Shown: positions 1-15,216 of the stretch, in pieces | Numbering within the stretch: position 1 is the first letter of the stretch | Layout of the letters: each line of letters opens with the position of its first letter | Source of the DNA: the human T2T-CHM13v2.0 reference genome, Homo sapiens | Reading direction: 5' to 3' (one strand) | Length of the DNA stretch: 64,000 nt | Assembly: GCF_009914755.1 (NCBI RefSeq) | Contig: NC_060932.1 | The notes under the pieces: model-generated | Database searches by the model: none | What the model saw: only the letters and a program-made list of their open reading frames with translations | Told to the model about the DNA's origin: nothing | Program-made: the position numbers and the translations under genes

Positions 1-208
1 CCTTTGAGACACAATGGGCCAGGACACCGTGGCCTGAGGCAGGGCCAGACCACCTTGTTTCTGGATGGAGCCAGAGCTCTGGGGACATGGCTGTGGCAGG
101 AGACAAACTCCAACCAAGAGCCCAGAATGTGGCTTTCTTTAGCATGAGTGAGCATCTTTTTGGGGACTTCCTGGGAAAGAGCTAGGTAGAGGTGGTTGTG
201 TTAGGGGG

Positions 209-837
209 TGTAGGGGCAAAAGGTGGGATACCTTTCCTCACCCATCATAAGGGTCACAGCAAATGACCCTATAATAAAAGACAGGTTAACAAGAGAAAAG
301 CATAATGAATTACTTAATCGAAGTTTTAGGTGATGTGGGAACCTTCAGAAATGAAGACCCAGGGACCCAGGGAAATTGCCTGTGTTTATGCTTAGGTTGA
401 TGATGAATGGACAGCCATGTGGAAGTGTGGTTGGACAGAGGGGTGTGATCTAATGGTCATGGACTGAGCGGGGAAGCACACAAGGCCTGCCCAGATTCTT
501 CGTGGAGTCTCTGTAGAGTACTCTTTCCTCCTGGGTATGGGGCTGGACCCGTCTGGATTGAGGATCTTCAAGGGAGAAGGGAGTGACCTTAGCAGTTTTA
601 CAGCTTGCTTTGTGGGAAAGGGGTTCTAGTTTCTATGACCTGCCTTGGGGGAGAGGAATTCTGGTTTCTAAATGACTCACTTTGTAGGAGAAAGAGGGGG
701 CGGGAGACAAGATAACTAAAGAAGGTCAGAAAGACCTTTCTGCTGAGGCCCTTCCAATCTCCTTTAGTTCAAAATACTCAGTGCTTTGAGGGTTACAAGG
801 CACCATATTTTGGGATATTATGTTCTGAGCCCCAACA
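209..837 (-). mobile_element. Solo ERV1 LTR, MER39/MER34-like
   Basis: Minus strand starts TGTTGGGGCTCAGAACATAATATCCCAAAATATGGTGC and ends CA. 4-bp GGGG on both flanks (TSD). Confidence 0.7.
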
Positions 838-1686
838 GGGGTCACAAGTTGCCTCTCAAATTCTGTGTTGGTGCTGTCCTTGGGACCCTGTTGTACCCCC
901 ATGGCAAGTATGGCTGGGAAAATATGAGTGACTCTTACGTCTGGATACTTGGTAAATATTGTTGACTCACTGCTCCTCACCCTCTCATGTGAAGGAAAGT
1001 CCCCAGAGCCCAGGGCCCAAAGAGATGAGTTTGGCTTTGGCCTGGGCTCCTCAAATATGAGACAGCTTGGCACCTGAGAGATATTAGTAGACAAGAGTGA
1101 TCTGACCCCAGGACTCTTGAGCTGAGAAGAGGGGCTTCCATAGAGGAAGACGATGCTGTGTCTCATCCAAGGAACGATCTTGAGAAGTGGGGTGATTCTG
1201 TGAGTATCACCCTCAGGAATGAAAGCAGAACTGAAGAGCTTGAAGAGGCTTCCAGAGACCATCCCCCAGGGAGGAGCCAGTGTCAGGAGCCTAAGAACTT
1301 TGTGGCATTCTGTGTTCTCTACGTTATTGTCTGTTGCTTAGTGGGGTTTGTAGGCTTGTCTTTGGGGGCAACAAAGGGTTGGGACACAAAGTCATTCTCA
1401 GAAGAAGGAAAGCCTGGAAGGCAAGCCGTGGGGCAGCAGCATGAAAGAAAGGAAGTCCCTGGGCATGGGAGGGAAAACACCCATTTAGACAAAGAAGTGA
1501 CCTTGGGCTTCTCTTTCTTGGTAGAAGAAGGGCTGTGTGGTCTGTAGCAAGTCAGTGAGGGTTGGAACCCCTACATCTGCTCCCAGCCTATTCATTCCAG
1601 TGATTTCTGCCATTTTGGTCAAGGACACCACTGTCTCTTGGTGTCCCAGGCTAGAAAGCCGCGTCATTTTTGTGGTGTGTCCTTCA

Positions 1687-1764
1687 GTCCATAATGAACA
1701 AACTTGTACTGAGGGTCAATGGGCTGTCCATAATGAACAAACTTGTACTGAGGGTCAATGGGCT
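1687..1764. repeat. Perfect 39-bp tandem duplication
   Basis: GTCCATAATGAACAAACTTGTACTGAGGGTCAATGGGCT x2. Confidence 0.95.
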
Positions 1765-1983
1765 GTGCACTGTATTGAGTACTTTATATATATTTTTTGC
1801 ATTTAATCCTCATAATAATCTCATGAGATGTGTTTCATTGCTCTTATTTTACAAATGATGAAATTTATGCTAACTGAGATGTAGTAACGAACCCAAACTG
1901 AAGCTAATGTGCCTGATGCCAGCCGCCACATTCTTTTCATACCTCATGCTGCTGCTTAGAGTTCTCTGTGTTTGTCATCCCTA

Positions 1984-2296
<313 letters not shown>

Positions 2297-3157
2297 TCAG
2301 TGTTTATTTAGGAGTGGCACCACCACTGCCTGCCTCAGAATCACCTGGCCCATTTGTTAGGAAGAGTCAAGGATCTAGTCCAGATCCATGGAAACAGAGT
2401 ATCTGGGAGTTGAACCCACAGCTTGCCTTTGTGGCAAGTCCTACAGGCGATTCATTCATGCATAAGACCTTCTGTGTGACCGATGGGCATCCCTAAGAAT
2501 CTGGAGACTTGGCCTGATTTCTAGAATTGAACTCAATAGTCTTCCCACCTGCCCTGTATCTTGTTGTAAGGGAAGAATGAAACAGATGAGTCGTGTATTG
2601 ACACTTCATGGGTGGCTTCTTGAAAGTGAGAATAGTCAGAATTGAGCTGCAGGGTCACCCAGACAGGACACTGGAATATTGGCAGCAAACCACAAAGCAG
2701 TGGGCCCTGTACCATCTGGAGACTGTTTTTGTGAACCATTGTCTACACATGATTGAGTTGGACTTTGGGGGTCATTTCTGTGGACTTCAGTCCACAGATG
2801 TGGCTATTGAAAATTGCTGCCATGTATTGAATGTTTATTATCTGTCAGACACTTTGAAGTTGCAAAGTGCTTTGCATGTATTAATATTATCTAACAGCCT
2901 TATAAGTTGGATACCAATATTATTCGCATTTGGTTGGTATAGAAACTGAGGCTTAGAGAAAACGCCTTGAGTCATTTACTTAAACTCTCATAACTCACGA
3001 GTGTTGGAGCCAGAATTCAAATCCAGTCCATGGTACTTAATAATCAGTGGCTGTCTGACTCTACCCTAGGATACCAAGTTTTGGGCTCAGTGAGTCTGTT
3101 TTTGGATAGTTTTGGCGGAAAAGATCAACCAACCCTTTAGCCAATTGGTGCTTTGCT

Positions 3158-3287
3158 TTTTTTTTTTTTTTTTTTTTTGAGACAGGATCTCTCTCTGTCA
3201 TTCATTCAGGCTGGAGTGCAGTAGTGTGATCATGGCTCATTGCAGCCTCGGCTTCTCGGGCTCAAGCCATCTTCCTACCTGAGCTAC
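3158..3287 (-). mobile_element. Partial Alu (AluJ-like right arm)
   Basis: Poly(T) followed by GAGACAGG...GGCTGGAGTGCAGT...GCTCAAGC. Confidence 0.85.
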
Positions 3288-4543
3288 AGACTTTGCTAGA
3301 TGCTGCCAGGGGCCCCACAGGATAAGGGGAGATACCTGTTCCCCGAAACTCATAGTGTAATTGAGAAAATGGCTCGTATGCATGAAGCTGTAATGACTCA
3401 AATGGGCTTGCTGGGATTTTTGCTCTGTTGGCCTGTGTATGTGGTTGTGTGAGTGTGTGTATATGAGTGTGTGTGTACGTGTGTGTAACAGGGAAAGGGT
3501 GAGACAAGAAGAAGGCAGAGTGAAGGGGATGGGGGTAGGGGAAGAAAAGTGATGTGTCTACAGAACTTGGATCAGAAGGCATGAGGAACTCAAGAGTCCT
3601 GCCTGCCTGACTGGCGAGATAAGAGAATTCCATGTGAAGGTGATATTCAAAGTCAAGCGGGAAGCACATTCAGACCATCTGGGGACCTTTAAAACATACC
3701 AGTGCCTGGGCCCTACCTAAAGATACTAGTTTAATTGAATGAGGCTGAGGATTGGAGATAGACATTTTCAGAAGCCCCCGTGTGATTCTAATGAATACTT
3801 GGACTGAGAACTGGGCAAATGCATGCTTTTCCAGTGTCTCATGCCCCCCCTGTTTTCAATCCTGGCCACAGATCTTTCAACAGACTTCCTGGTGCTGGGT
3901 CTCCTTGTTCTCTCTTTAGTGTGACCGAGAGGCCAGATGACGACGTATATGCCTAAGAGGAGAAGCTGCCACCTGTTGCTGTAAATCTGGTACAATTTCA
4001 TCATCTCTTTGCCCCATGTATTTTCAGTATCTTATAACTGCATCTGAATGATGTGTTGTTTTTTGCTTTGTAACAACTTGTAGGGTCACAAGGGGACGTG
4101 TGCTGTAGTGCTTCTGGGGTTTTTACCTTGTAAATATAGACAGGGTAAGTTTGCTTGTTGCGATGATTACCTTTGATTGTGATAGACCAGAGCAAGCTTT
4201 CACTTGGCTCATCTTTCCTTAATTTGTTGTTGAGAAAGACTTCCAAATAAATCCCTTTTGCAAAGACTGAGTGAATCCCAACCACTTCAGGGAAATTGCC
4301 CCTAAGTGGGGGCTTCAGGGAGGTCAAACCTGGAGGAAATGATCAGGAATCTCTCTAAAGTTATCAGAAAGATGGAAAATCTGGAAGGGAAGAGCTTCAT
4401 AGATATACGCTTTATCACTTCCTCCCTCCCTGTCTCCAAATATGTATATATTTTTTCTGAACCATTTGAGGGTTACATGCAGACATCCTGGCCTTCTATC
4501 TCTAAACATTGTAGAGTGCATTTCCTGCAAACAATATGTTAGG

Positions 4544-4762
4544 GCAGTAGTTCTCAATCTTGGCTGCACACATTAGAATCTAATTCCACATAAGAATTTT
4601 CTGAGGAGCTTCAAACCAAAACCAAAACCAAAAAAAAAAAAAAAAATTCCGGTCCCAGTCTGTACCTTGGAATGGTTGAATAAGAGTGGCTGGGGCAAGG
4701 CACACAGTATTGTTTTAAAGCTTCTAGATGATTCCAATGTGCAGCCACAGTTAAGAAACTCT
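4544..4762. mobile_element. MER5-family hAT MITE
   Basis: CAGTAGTTCTCAATCTTGGCTGCACA...TGTGCAGCCACAGTTAAGAAACT inverted termini. Confidence 0.65.
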
Positions 4763-5406
4763 ATGTTAAGGGATAAGAGAGGCTTAAAAATTAAGAGGGC
4801 ACCTCAATATGTTGCAAGGAAGAAAGACGAATCAGAAGCCCAGGTTGGGGAATCGTCATATACAACAGCTTTGGAATGTAATGGTTAAGTCCAGCCAGTT
4901 CCAAGAACTCAGCTTAGCCTTAAGAAGATGGCCAATCTCCAAACATCCTTGCAATCCCAGTTCGTGAGCCATTGGCATCACACGGCGCAGGGTACACGTG
5001 AGAGCTGATAATGAGAGCAGCCCCCCGACTCTTTGTTCTTCTTGGCCCAGAAAGAAAGGAGAAGGGACTTCAAGATCACCCTGATTCTCTATGCTGTCTC
5101 TATGCTTGTCAGTGATCCAAACAAGAGAACTGCCAACAAGGGTTAGGAGAGTGCTGGGGGTGGGGAGGACATGATCATTTTTCAGGGGATAAGCTGAGAG
5201 ATTCTGGGCTTCTGCATTCACGGTTCTGCAAAAGGAAACACATAAAGCAGCATGGATAAGACTCAAATCCATTGTCCAGTGTCTTAGGTGAGCAGGTGTG
5301 AAATGTTTGGTTAGGACGTGAGCCATCAGCTGGGGCCACTTAAAAAAAACTTTTTATATTAAAATAATTTCAAACTTAACAAAAGAATTGCAAGAATAGT
5401 ATAAAG

Positions 5407-5906
5407 CAGCAGTCCCCAACCGTAGGGCCACGGACTGCTACCAGTTTGTGACCTGTTGGGAAATGGGCGGCACAGCAGGAGGTGGGGGGCAGGTGAGTGA
5501 GTGAAGCTGCTTCCGTACAGCCGCTCCCTGTGGCTCGCATTACCTCCTGAGTTCTGCCTCCTGTCAGATCAGTGGTGGCATTAGATTCTCATAGGAGCTC
5601 ACACCCTATTGTGAACTTAGGGATCTAGGTTGCATGCTTCTTATGAGAACCTAATGCCTGATGATCCGTCACTGTCTCCCATCACCCCTAGATAGGACCA
5701 TCTAATTGCAGGAAAACAAGCGCAGGGCTCCCACTGATTCTACATTATGGTGAATTGTATAATTACTTCATTCTTTATTACAATGTAATAATAATAGAAA
5801 TAAAGTTCACAATAAATGTAATGGGCTTGAATCATCCTGAAACCATCCCCTGCCCCTGGTCCTTGGAAAAATTTTCTTCCACGAAACCGGTCCCTGGGCA
5901 CTGCTG
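5407..5906 (+). mobile_element. MER1A hAT-Charlie DNA transposon
   Basis: CAGCAGTCCCC...GGGCACTGCTG termini, MER1 internal motifs (GTCAGATCAG, CTAATGCCTGATGAT), 8-bp TSD GTATAAAG/ATATAAAG. Confidence 0.88.
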
Positions 5907-6111
5907 ATATAAAGAACTCCCATACCATTCACCCAGGTTCACTAATTGTTAGCTGGTTACCACTTTTGCTTCCTTGCTCCCTCCCTCTCTGGATGTGTGT
6001 GTGTATATATATTTCTGAACCATCTGAGGATTAAGGGTGCACTCTTTACCCCTAAACACTTCAGTGTGTGTTTCCTATGAACAAGTGCTTTGTCTCATAT
6101 AACCACGGTGC

Positions 6112-6654
6112 TGTGGAAATAAATGAAGACCAATCAAATGAGAAAAGCAAAGGCTGTTTATTCAGAGCTTGCTACAGCCTGGGAGTCAGCACCATCATGT
6201 GTCTTTTGGCAGAGACTCAAAAGCAGGCAGAAGAGTGGGAATGCTCATAAAGAGGAAAACAGGAAGATTTCAGGTGGAAAAAAGGGTTGGCCTGGGGAAG
6301 CTGAAGGCAGCGAACTAGAAGCCAGGTGTCCTCTATGATTGGTTAGGGGTGCCTTTCTGGCTTTCTCTGGTTGGTCCTAAATTGGCAGTCGGAGCAAAAA
6401 TCAGGGAAGTTGTCCATTCCTAACCGAGTCCTGGCCATTTTGAGTAGATTGTTACAGAAGTTATTGTTTAGCTTCCTGGATTGTCACTAGAGATAGAAAC
6501 CTGGCTTCCTGCAAGTCTGAATTACAGCAGGCTGGTTTTCTGGGCTGGTTATTGTAGATAAGGGGTTGGTTTCCTGGACAGGCTGCTGCAGGTTTTGGGT
6601 CAAAGTTCTATTTTTACATATGGTCTGGCCATTGTCCATTTGTATACTGAATCA
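6112..6654 (-). mobile_element. Solo ERV1-class LTR (MER89/MER90-like)
   Basis: TG...CA termini, minus-strand AATAAA near the end, 4-bp near-TSD GTGC/GTAC. Confidence 0.65.
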
Positions 6655-9600
6655 GTACGAGGATCATGTTCAGATTTAACTTTGGCATAACACTGTGATC
6701 TAACAGACACTCCATGTTTGAATTTTGCCAGTTGCCCCAATCATATCCTTTACAGAAACTTCCACTCCCCTCCTCCAAATGCAATCAAGGATCATGCGCT
6801 GTATTTGTTCCTCATGTCCCTTTAATCTCCTTTAATCTGGAACAGCTCCTCAGCCTTTGTTTGTCTTTCACGACACTGGCATTTTTGAGGTGTTCAGGCC
6901 TGTTGTTTGTGGTGGTGACACCCTTGAGGACACACATTTGTGAGCTGATGGTGAAAATATGTCCACAGCCAGTGCCCCTCTGGACTTTGCTCCTCGAGTC
7001 TTATCCAAGAGACTCTGGGAATTGTTTGGGTTTACGCAGCCCAGGTAACTGGATAATCAGCCTTCATGGAGGACACAGAAAGTCACGTCTACATGCAGGG
7101 CAGACAGGAAGCTTGTAAACAGAGAGTGGTACCCACGGTCATGTCCATTAGCAGCTAATCCTCTGCAAGGCCAAGAGAGTTTGTGAAATATGTTTTGGTT
7201 CCAATTTTGGAAATACGTTCTTTCATTAGCTCAGCCCTCTGCTGCGTTTCACATACATAGACACTGGGTTTTTCCCCTTCTTTTCTTTCTTTCTTACCTC
7301 CTTCCTGCTCCAGTTTCCCATTTCTGCAAAGACGCCAGAAACATTTTCCAGGCCCTGAGGGGAGAGGGCCAGGGTGTTGTTTTTGCAGGATGGGGTATGG
7401 TGTCCCTGTACGACTGGAATGGACCTGTGTTTTTTAAAAACATCAGGACTCAGAGAAGGTTTTGTTTTGAGCCTGAATGGCTTTGAGGGCAGGCCTAACA
7501 CTCTGAAAACATCCACCTCTTAGTCACTCCAAGCTGCTGTCATAGAGCGATTTCTGGGTCTGTCAGCAGCCTGTATCATAGTTAAAATCTCCTTTATCCT
7601 CATCCCTCTTAATACTCTGAGCAATAACAAGTTTTTATTTATGGGGGATTGAACTAAAATAAGTTTGCTGTGTGCAGCAGTTACGATTATGGTGTTTGGT
7701 GTCAGATTGTCTGGCTGAGTCTTTGCTATCAAACCATGTGTCCCTGGGTAAATTGCTTAATCTCAGGTTCCTCAGCAGTGAAAAGAGGACAGTATTAGCT
7801 GTTTTGTAGGGTTAGAGTGAGGATTAAATGTCGGGATAAATGATGACATTTAGCAGAATGATTGGCAAATAATAAGCACTCATCAAATGCTCATCATCGC
7901 TATTACTTTGCTTATCACTGAAGTGGAAAGCTAAAACTTGTTGGCTAAAACTCACTTTTGGTGATCATTGTGGAAGGAGTATGGGTTTTGTGTTACCCTG
8001 ATGTGGATTTAAATCCTGGCGGTGCCCATCACTGGCTGGGTGATGTGGGGCAAGAGAACCTTTTCTGAGCCTCAGTGTTTCCCATCTGTAGAATGGGAAT
8101 GGTACTACTACCTTTGCAAATGTGTCACGAGACCACAACAAGAGAACCCATGTCCTGCATCAGCACAGTGCTGAGTGCTGAGTGCAGAGTGCACGCTGAA
8201 TAAAGGCACTGGTTAGTTATTTTCTTCATTTCTCTCCCCCTTGATCCCTTTTCGCCTCACAAAGTGAGTCTCATTTCTGGAACAGTAAAGGGAATGGCTA
8301 TTTTGACACGTGTCAGGGCAGTGATGAAATTAGAAGTCCTTAGGATCATTATTACTCTATTTGCCATTTAATAAGCATCCGCAAAGGTCTTAAAAGCTCT
8401 CATTAGGATAGACTTTTTGCAATTTGTATTTAGGCCCAGCCAAGGAAAAAGTATAAAGTGGGAAAAATGAGTTTTTTTGTGCCTCATTCATTCCCCACTT
8501 TCCTTTTTGGTGCCTCCAAACTCGGGGTTCGGAGCCTGATGCTCCCCATGGGCCAGTGTGGTCTTCGGCCAGATTCCTTGCCTCTCTTGAGAGAGACCCC
8601 ATCTTCTAAATCCTTCCTTCTTCATCACCCTGTTTAAATGACGGGTCTTTTGTGGCATCCTTTAGGACCTGTGGGAAGGTGTGTGGGTTAAGCTTTGACC
8701 CAAAGGATAATGGGTAATAGTTGACTAATGTGTCACTGCATTTAGGGAATGTGTTTGTATCTTAAGTACAAGACTAAAGAAGCCTTTAGTCTTGGAATCC
8801 TAGGTATTTTAGGGTGAAGAGAATTTTTCAGGGTTTGTTCTCTTCATTTTCCTGTTACAGTCAAGACCCCACAGTTAGCAGTAGGACCTGGGTTAAAAGT
8901 TGGGTCTTCTGATTTCCAGTCCAGAATTCTTCCAGTCTCAGGTGTGAAGGTAGGTGATTTGGAAAGTGGCTTTAGTCAGAGGGACTGATTTAGTGCTTCC
9001 TTCTCCTCCACCACAAGCCAGGGCCAAAGGCTATGATGTTCCTTGAATGTCAACCACTGTCACAAATGTGCCAGTAATGTCTTGGGAGGATGAGTTTCAG
9101 GTTTCCATTTTTTTCGGTTTAATTTTTGGGGTGGTTCTATTTTCCAGATTTAAAGAATAAATATACACTGAGTTACAGAAAGGCTACTTTTATTCCAAAC
9201 TCCAGACATATTAATTACACCTACATTAAGAATTAATTATTCTTTCCTCAGTACCTGCGTTCTCAGGCAACCAAGGGGGTAGTACCTGCAGCTGCTCTGG
9301 GTCTCTAAGCCTGCTTGGTAGAAAGAGAGCACATGTATTGCTTTAACCCTTCCATGTCACTGCCAGGTGAATGAAGGTTCCACTAGTTACCCTGAGAGAT
9401 TACTTCTAAGAGGTCCCCATTAAATTGCAAAAATGGAGCCTGAAGGATAATAATAAAATTACCACCTATTAACTCTGGAAAGAATGAATTATGAGGTTGG
9501 TGAGGCTTGGGAAGGGTCAGAGGGAATAGGAAGAAGCAGGGTATGTTTTGATGCAAGGGGTGGGTTGGTTAAAGAAAGGTTGAAGAAAGAGGAGCAAACA

Positions 9601-10817
9601 CTCCAGAGCCTAAGTTTCTTCCTGAATAAGCCCCCTGTAGATGGGGAGCCTTAGTTTGGGGAGCAACGAAGGGAAAGAAAGGCAACATGATGCTAGAGAG
9701 TAAAAGGAGGAGAGAAGTGGAACTAAAATTAGAGTTGGGAGAAGGTTGGAGTCAATTTCAATTCAGCACCTTTAAAGTTTGCTAGCGTTGACTCTGCATT
9801 TGAAAACTACAGGCCTGTCACTGGAAGACCTAGCAAATGGCCACTTAAGTAGTATTTGCCTATTTGGACTGGCTGTGGGAAGAGGTGAATAGTCCACCAA
9901 TAAACTCCCAGAAACCTTTTTTTTCTTTGTCTTGTTCCCAAATAAACCTTTAAGCATGAAAGAACACACAGACCTAGACAGGATTCATGTCTATCTAAAG
10001 CAGGACTGTGGGAGTCCAGTGCCTGGAAATCAGGTTTCCTATCTGAGGGCCTCAAAGAAACTCTTCCCTCAAGGCGACTGGCCATAGCTAGAGTTCACGC
10101 ATGCTGACCCGCCCTTTGAAATTCTGTCTGCAGATAATGGCAGAGTCATGGGACCTGTCTTACTGAAATAATTCTGTTGTCTGTGATATAATCCAGAAAA
10201 ATCCCCAAGGTGTCGGATGAGATTTTCCTTTTGGAGGAAAAATATAACAAGGCTTATAACACATTTCACATTGTATTTGAAACAGAGACCTTTAATCATG
10301 CACTGCCAGATATTTTAGGATTCTAAAATTAGGAAGATGATTAAGTCTTCCAGTTCAGTTTAGATTTAACTATATGGTTAATGAAGATCCAGGCACCACC
10401 ATCACTTCTGCTGAGCTTTTTTATTGACAGGGGCTTTTCTTAACCCTGAGGCTCAACCAGATTTGAGGCTACAAATAGCAAGGCTGGATTGTCACAGCCT
10501 CAAGTGAACAGGGTGAGGGAAAGTCTAAATGTGCATGTGTGTTTGTTCTTTAAGTTGAGCATCTGCATTATAGTTTTATTACATGGTATCAGAATCATAT
10601 GGAATGCATGTTTAAAATCCTTGCATAAAATATTCCTGGGCTCCACCTTAATCCTACTGAATCAGAGATTTGGGTGGGTAGGGAGGTGATCTAGGCATTT
10701 ATTTACATTTTATATAGTTTATGTGATTCTAATACACAATGAAGTTTGCTTTTAATGAGACTCAGATCCCAAAATGTCCAATATTTGTCTCTAACCAAAA
10801 TTTCAAATTCTTCTTCT

Positions 10818-11122
10818 TCTTTTTTTTTTTTTTCTGAGACTGAGTCTCTCTGTTTCACCTAGGCTAGAGTGTAGGTGGTGTGATCATGGTTTACTGCAGC
10901 CTTGACCTCCCAGGCCCAAGGGATTCTCTGATCTCAGCCTCCCATGTAGCTAGGACTACAGGTGCAGGCCACCATGCCTGGTTAATTTTAAAATATTTTT
11001 TGTGGAGATGGGGTTTTGCCATGTTGCTCAGGCTGGTCTTGAACTCCTAACCTCAAGCAATCTTCCCGCCTCAGTTTCCCAAAGTCCTGGGATTACAGGC
11101 CTGAGCCTCTGCACTTAACCCC
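10818..11122 (-). mobile_element. AluJ
   Basis: Reverse Alu; TSD ATTTCAAATTCTT on both flanks. Confidence 0.92.
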
Positions 11123-11164
11123 AGATTTCAAATTCTTAAGAGAGAAAGTCTGATTGGCTTTATT

Positions 11165-11710
11165 TTCCTATTATCTCTTGCTGAACAACAAATTACCCCA
11201 GAACTTGGTGGCTTAAAAAAATTGTATTTGATTTCATGATTGATGGGCCAGAAGTCTGGGTGGGACTTGGCTGGGTATCTCATCTCTGCTCCATGCAGCA
11301 TCAGCTGGGGCTTCTGAACTGGGGCTGCTGAACTAGAGCTGAAGGATTCACTTCCTGGATAGCATAATCACATGACCAGCAGGTTGGTGCTGGTGGTCAG
11401 CTGGGGTCTCAACTGGCTCATCAGTGGAGAGACTTCAGTGCCTCTCTTTGGGGATGCTTGGGCTTCCTCACGGTACAGCAGCTGGGTTCCAAGAGTGAGT
11501 GTTCAGAGAGACTAAGATGGAAGCTGCCAGACTTCTCCTGAAGTCAGAAGTCAGACAGCATCACTTTTGCCATATTCCATTGGTCCAGAAAAAGATCAAC
11601 TAATATCAAGCATAGGCAAAATAGTCTTTACCTTTTGATATGAGAAGTAACATATACATAGAAGGAGCAAAGGAATCGATGGTGGCCATCTTTGAAGACT
11701 TTCTGCTATA
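11165..11710 (-). mobile_element. MLT1-family MaLR LTR
   Basis: ACAAATTACCCCAGAACTTGGTGGCTTAAA...CATCACTTTTGCCATATTCCATTGG...GGCCATCTTTG motifs. Confidence 0.65.
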
Positions 11711-12521
11711 CCCTGGTTGGGTCAGCTGTTGACCCCTGGATCCATCAGTCCATGTCCAGTTGGTCCATCTGAATAGAAACATGGTACAGATTTAGCCACC
11801 AACTCCTGCTGGCATATTGAGGAGGCCACTCGTATTGAAGGGGGAGTTTTTATAAATTCTGAAGGCACTCCAAGAGATGTCTGATGATTACAGAATCTTA
11901 CAGATCATCTAGTCTGAGCTCTTACTCTAATTAGGAACTACCTTTGGGCATTGGTTTTCCATCTTTTGCTGGAGTTCTTCTGACCTTTCCATGAGGCAGC
12001 CTGTTCCATTTTGAGAGTTACTGCCATTCAAACCTATTCTGGTTCTCTGTAACACCCACCTATCACCCACTAGAATAGCACTCAACTATGAATGTTCTTC
12101 TAGATTCTAAGTTTCTCCACCAGGCTTAGACTCTTTGAGGCCTGGGCCTGTGTATTTTGTGTATTAAGCCTCAGTCCCTGGCACATAACAGGTGCTAAGC
12201 AAATGCATGCTGACTGTTCTTGAAGGAATAAGCACATTTACTTTTCTCCATCTAATTGGATAGTAAATTTGACGTTGATGTAGATATTGAGTTCCTACCA
12301 AAATAAATAGTTCATCGTTGTCATTATATTTTCTCCAAGCCAAAATCACCTGACATCATTTATGGTTAAAATGCAGGTGCTAAATCAAGTGAACACTGTC
12401 CTAAATGTTGGGAACTGAGGGCAAATTCTTCAAAATCACAGGAGAAATTTTAGCATTTTGGAGTCAGGATTGAAATAGCCATAAACAGAAGTATTATGTT
12501 TTGCTATTGTTTGGTTGAAAG

Positions 12522-12739
12522 CAGGGGTCAGCAAACTCTGACCTCCAGGTCAAATCCTGCCGGCCTCCTGATTTTGTAAGTAAAGTTTTCCTGGAACATG
12601 CCTATCTGTTTCCTCATTGTCTGTGGCTACTTTTGTGTTACAGCGGCAAAGTTGAATGTTGAGGCAGAGACTGTGCCTCCTGGAATAGCCTAAAATATTT
12701 ACTATCTGGCTCTTTATAGAAAAACTTTGCCAACCCCTA
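12522..12739 (+). mobile_element. MER58A hAT-Charlie MITE
   Basis: CAGGGGTCAGCAAACT...AAAATATTTACTATCTGG...TTTGCCAACCCCT. Confidence 0.85.
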
Positions 12740-12906
12740 ATAAAGGGCTCTCCTTGATCCGTTTGTTCTTGGTTATTTTACTTGGCAAAGTTGAAGGGGT
12801 CTTATCTCCACGTTTCTGCATTTCCAGACTTTTCACCCAAATGAAGAAGACTTTTCCTCGTCTTATCCCTGGCAAAGACTCTAATGATGCTGAAATTCTT
12901 AGGTAA

Positions 12907-13252
<346 letters not shown>

Positions 13253-13320
13253 TAACAGGAATAGAGAACTTTTAACTTAATGAAAAGAACATGGGTTTGG
13301 GAGCCATCAAAATTAAACCT

Positions 13321-14116
<796 letters not shown>

Positions 14117-14264
14117 GTAGTTTTCAGTCATTTTAAAGATGCAGTGAAACAGGTATCCACATGAACTTTCACTGAGGTTGTGAGCTGGTGTTTCCTTTCT
14201 GGAAATTATTATTATTTTTTGCAGGACGTGTCAAGAGCATTAAAAAACTTTCTGTTTTTTGATC

Positions 14265-14395
14265 CTAGGTGTGGTGGCTCACACCTGTAATCCCAAAGAT
14301 TGGAAGGCTGAGGTGGGAGGATTTCTTGAGGCTAGGAGTTCAAGACCAGCCTGAGCAACATAGACCCCATCTCTACAAAAAATTTAAAAACAAAG
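14265..14395 (+). mobile_element. FLAM / Alu left monomer
   Basis: GGTGTGGTGGCTCACACCTGTAATCCC...CCATCTCTACAAAAAA monomer. Confidence 0.8.
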
Positions 14396-14697
14396 TTTTA
14401 TCTTTTGATCTAGGAATTCTGTCTCTAGACATTTTTCCTAAGGCAGTAATGGGACATGGAGACAGATTTATGTAGAAAGTATTCACTGTGGTGTTATTTA
14501 TAGTAATACTGAAATATCCAACATTAGTAGGACAGTCAGGTAAATTGAGCAGGTGGTATTATGTCATAGTTAAAAGTATGAGCTCTGGAGTTGATCAGCC
14601 TGGCTTCAAATCCTCTTCTGCAATTCACCAGCTGTACAACTTTGGGCCAACTGCTCAAAGTTTTATCTGTGAAATGTAAACAAACTGTATTACCCAG

Positions 14698-15216
14698 TTG
14701 TGGTAGCTAGCCTTCATAGATGACCCCCATGGATATGCACTTCCTGGTGTTCATGTCCTTGTGTAGCTCCCTCTCATATTGGAGAGGTTGACCTGTGTAA
14801 CCAGTAGAATATTATGAAAAGGATGGACTCTGACTTCTGAGTTAGACATTGTGGCTTCCATTTTGCTCTTTTAAATTATTCATTCTGGGGAAATCCAGCT
14901 GCAGTGTTGGGAGGGCACCCAAGTAGCCCTATGGAAAAGTCCATGTGGTAAGGAACTGAGGCCTCCTGCTGTAAGAGTGAGCTGTCTTGGAAGTGGATCC
15001 TCCAGCCTCAGTCAAGTCTTCAGATAAAACATGCCGGATAATGGGCCAGCATCTTAGCTGCAACCTCATGAGAAACCCTGAATGAGAACAGTTCAGCTAA
15101 GCCACTCTTAAATCCCTGATCTGAAGAAACTATGCAAAATCATAAATGTTTATTGTTTTAAGCCACTAAATTTTGGAGTAATCTTATCTTCCATGCACCA
15201 ATAGATAACTAATACA
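14698..15216 (+). mobile_element. MLT1F-like MaLR LTR inserted in a MIR
   Basis: GGAACTGAGGCCTCC, GTGGATCCTCCAGCC, TTTTAAGCCACTAAATTTTGG, AATAGATAACTAATACA end. Confidence 0.8.

Larger units (their letters stand above)
5340..6905 (-). mobile_element. Old L1M (L1MC-like) 3' fragment interrupted by MER1A and an LTR
   Basis: L1MC-type 3' UTR sequence (ATAATTTCAAACTT...GAACTCCCATA...; TCCTTTAATCTGGAACAG) is continuous across the two insertions. Confidence 0.6.

Noticed and set aside
726-1547. 178-aa and 129-aa ORFs
   Set aside because: No recognisable homology or exon structure; the first runs into an LTR.
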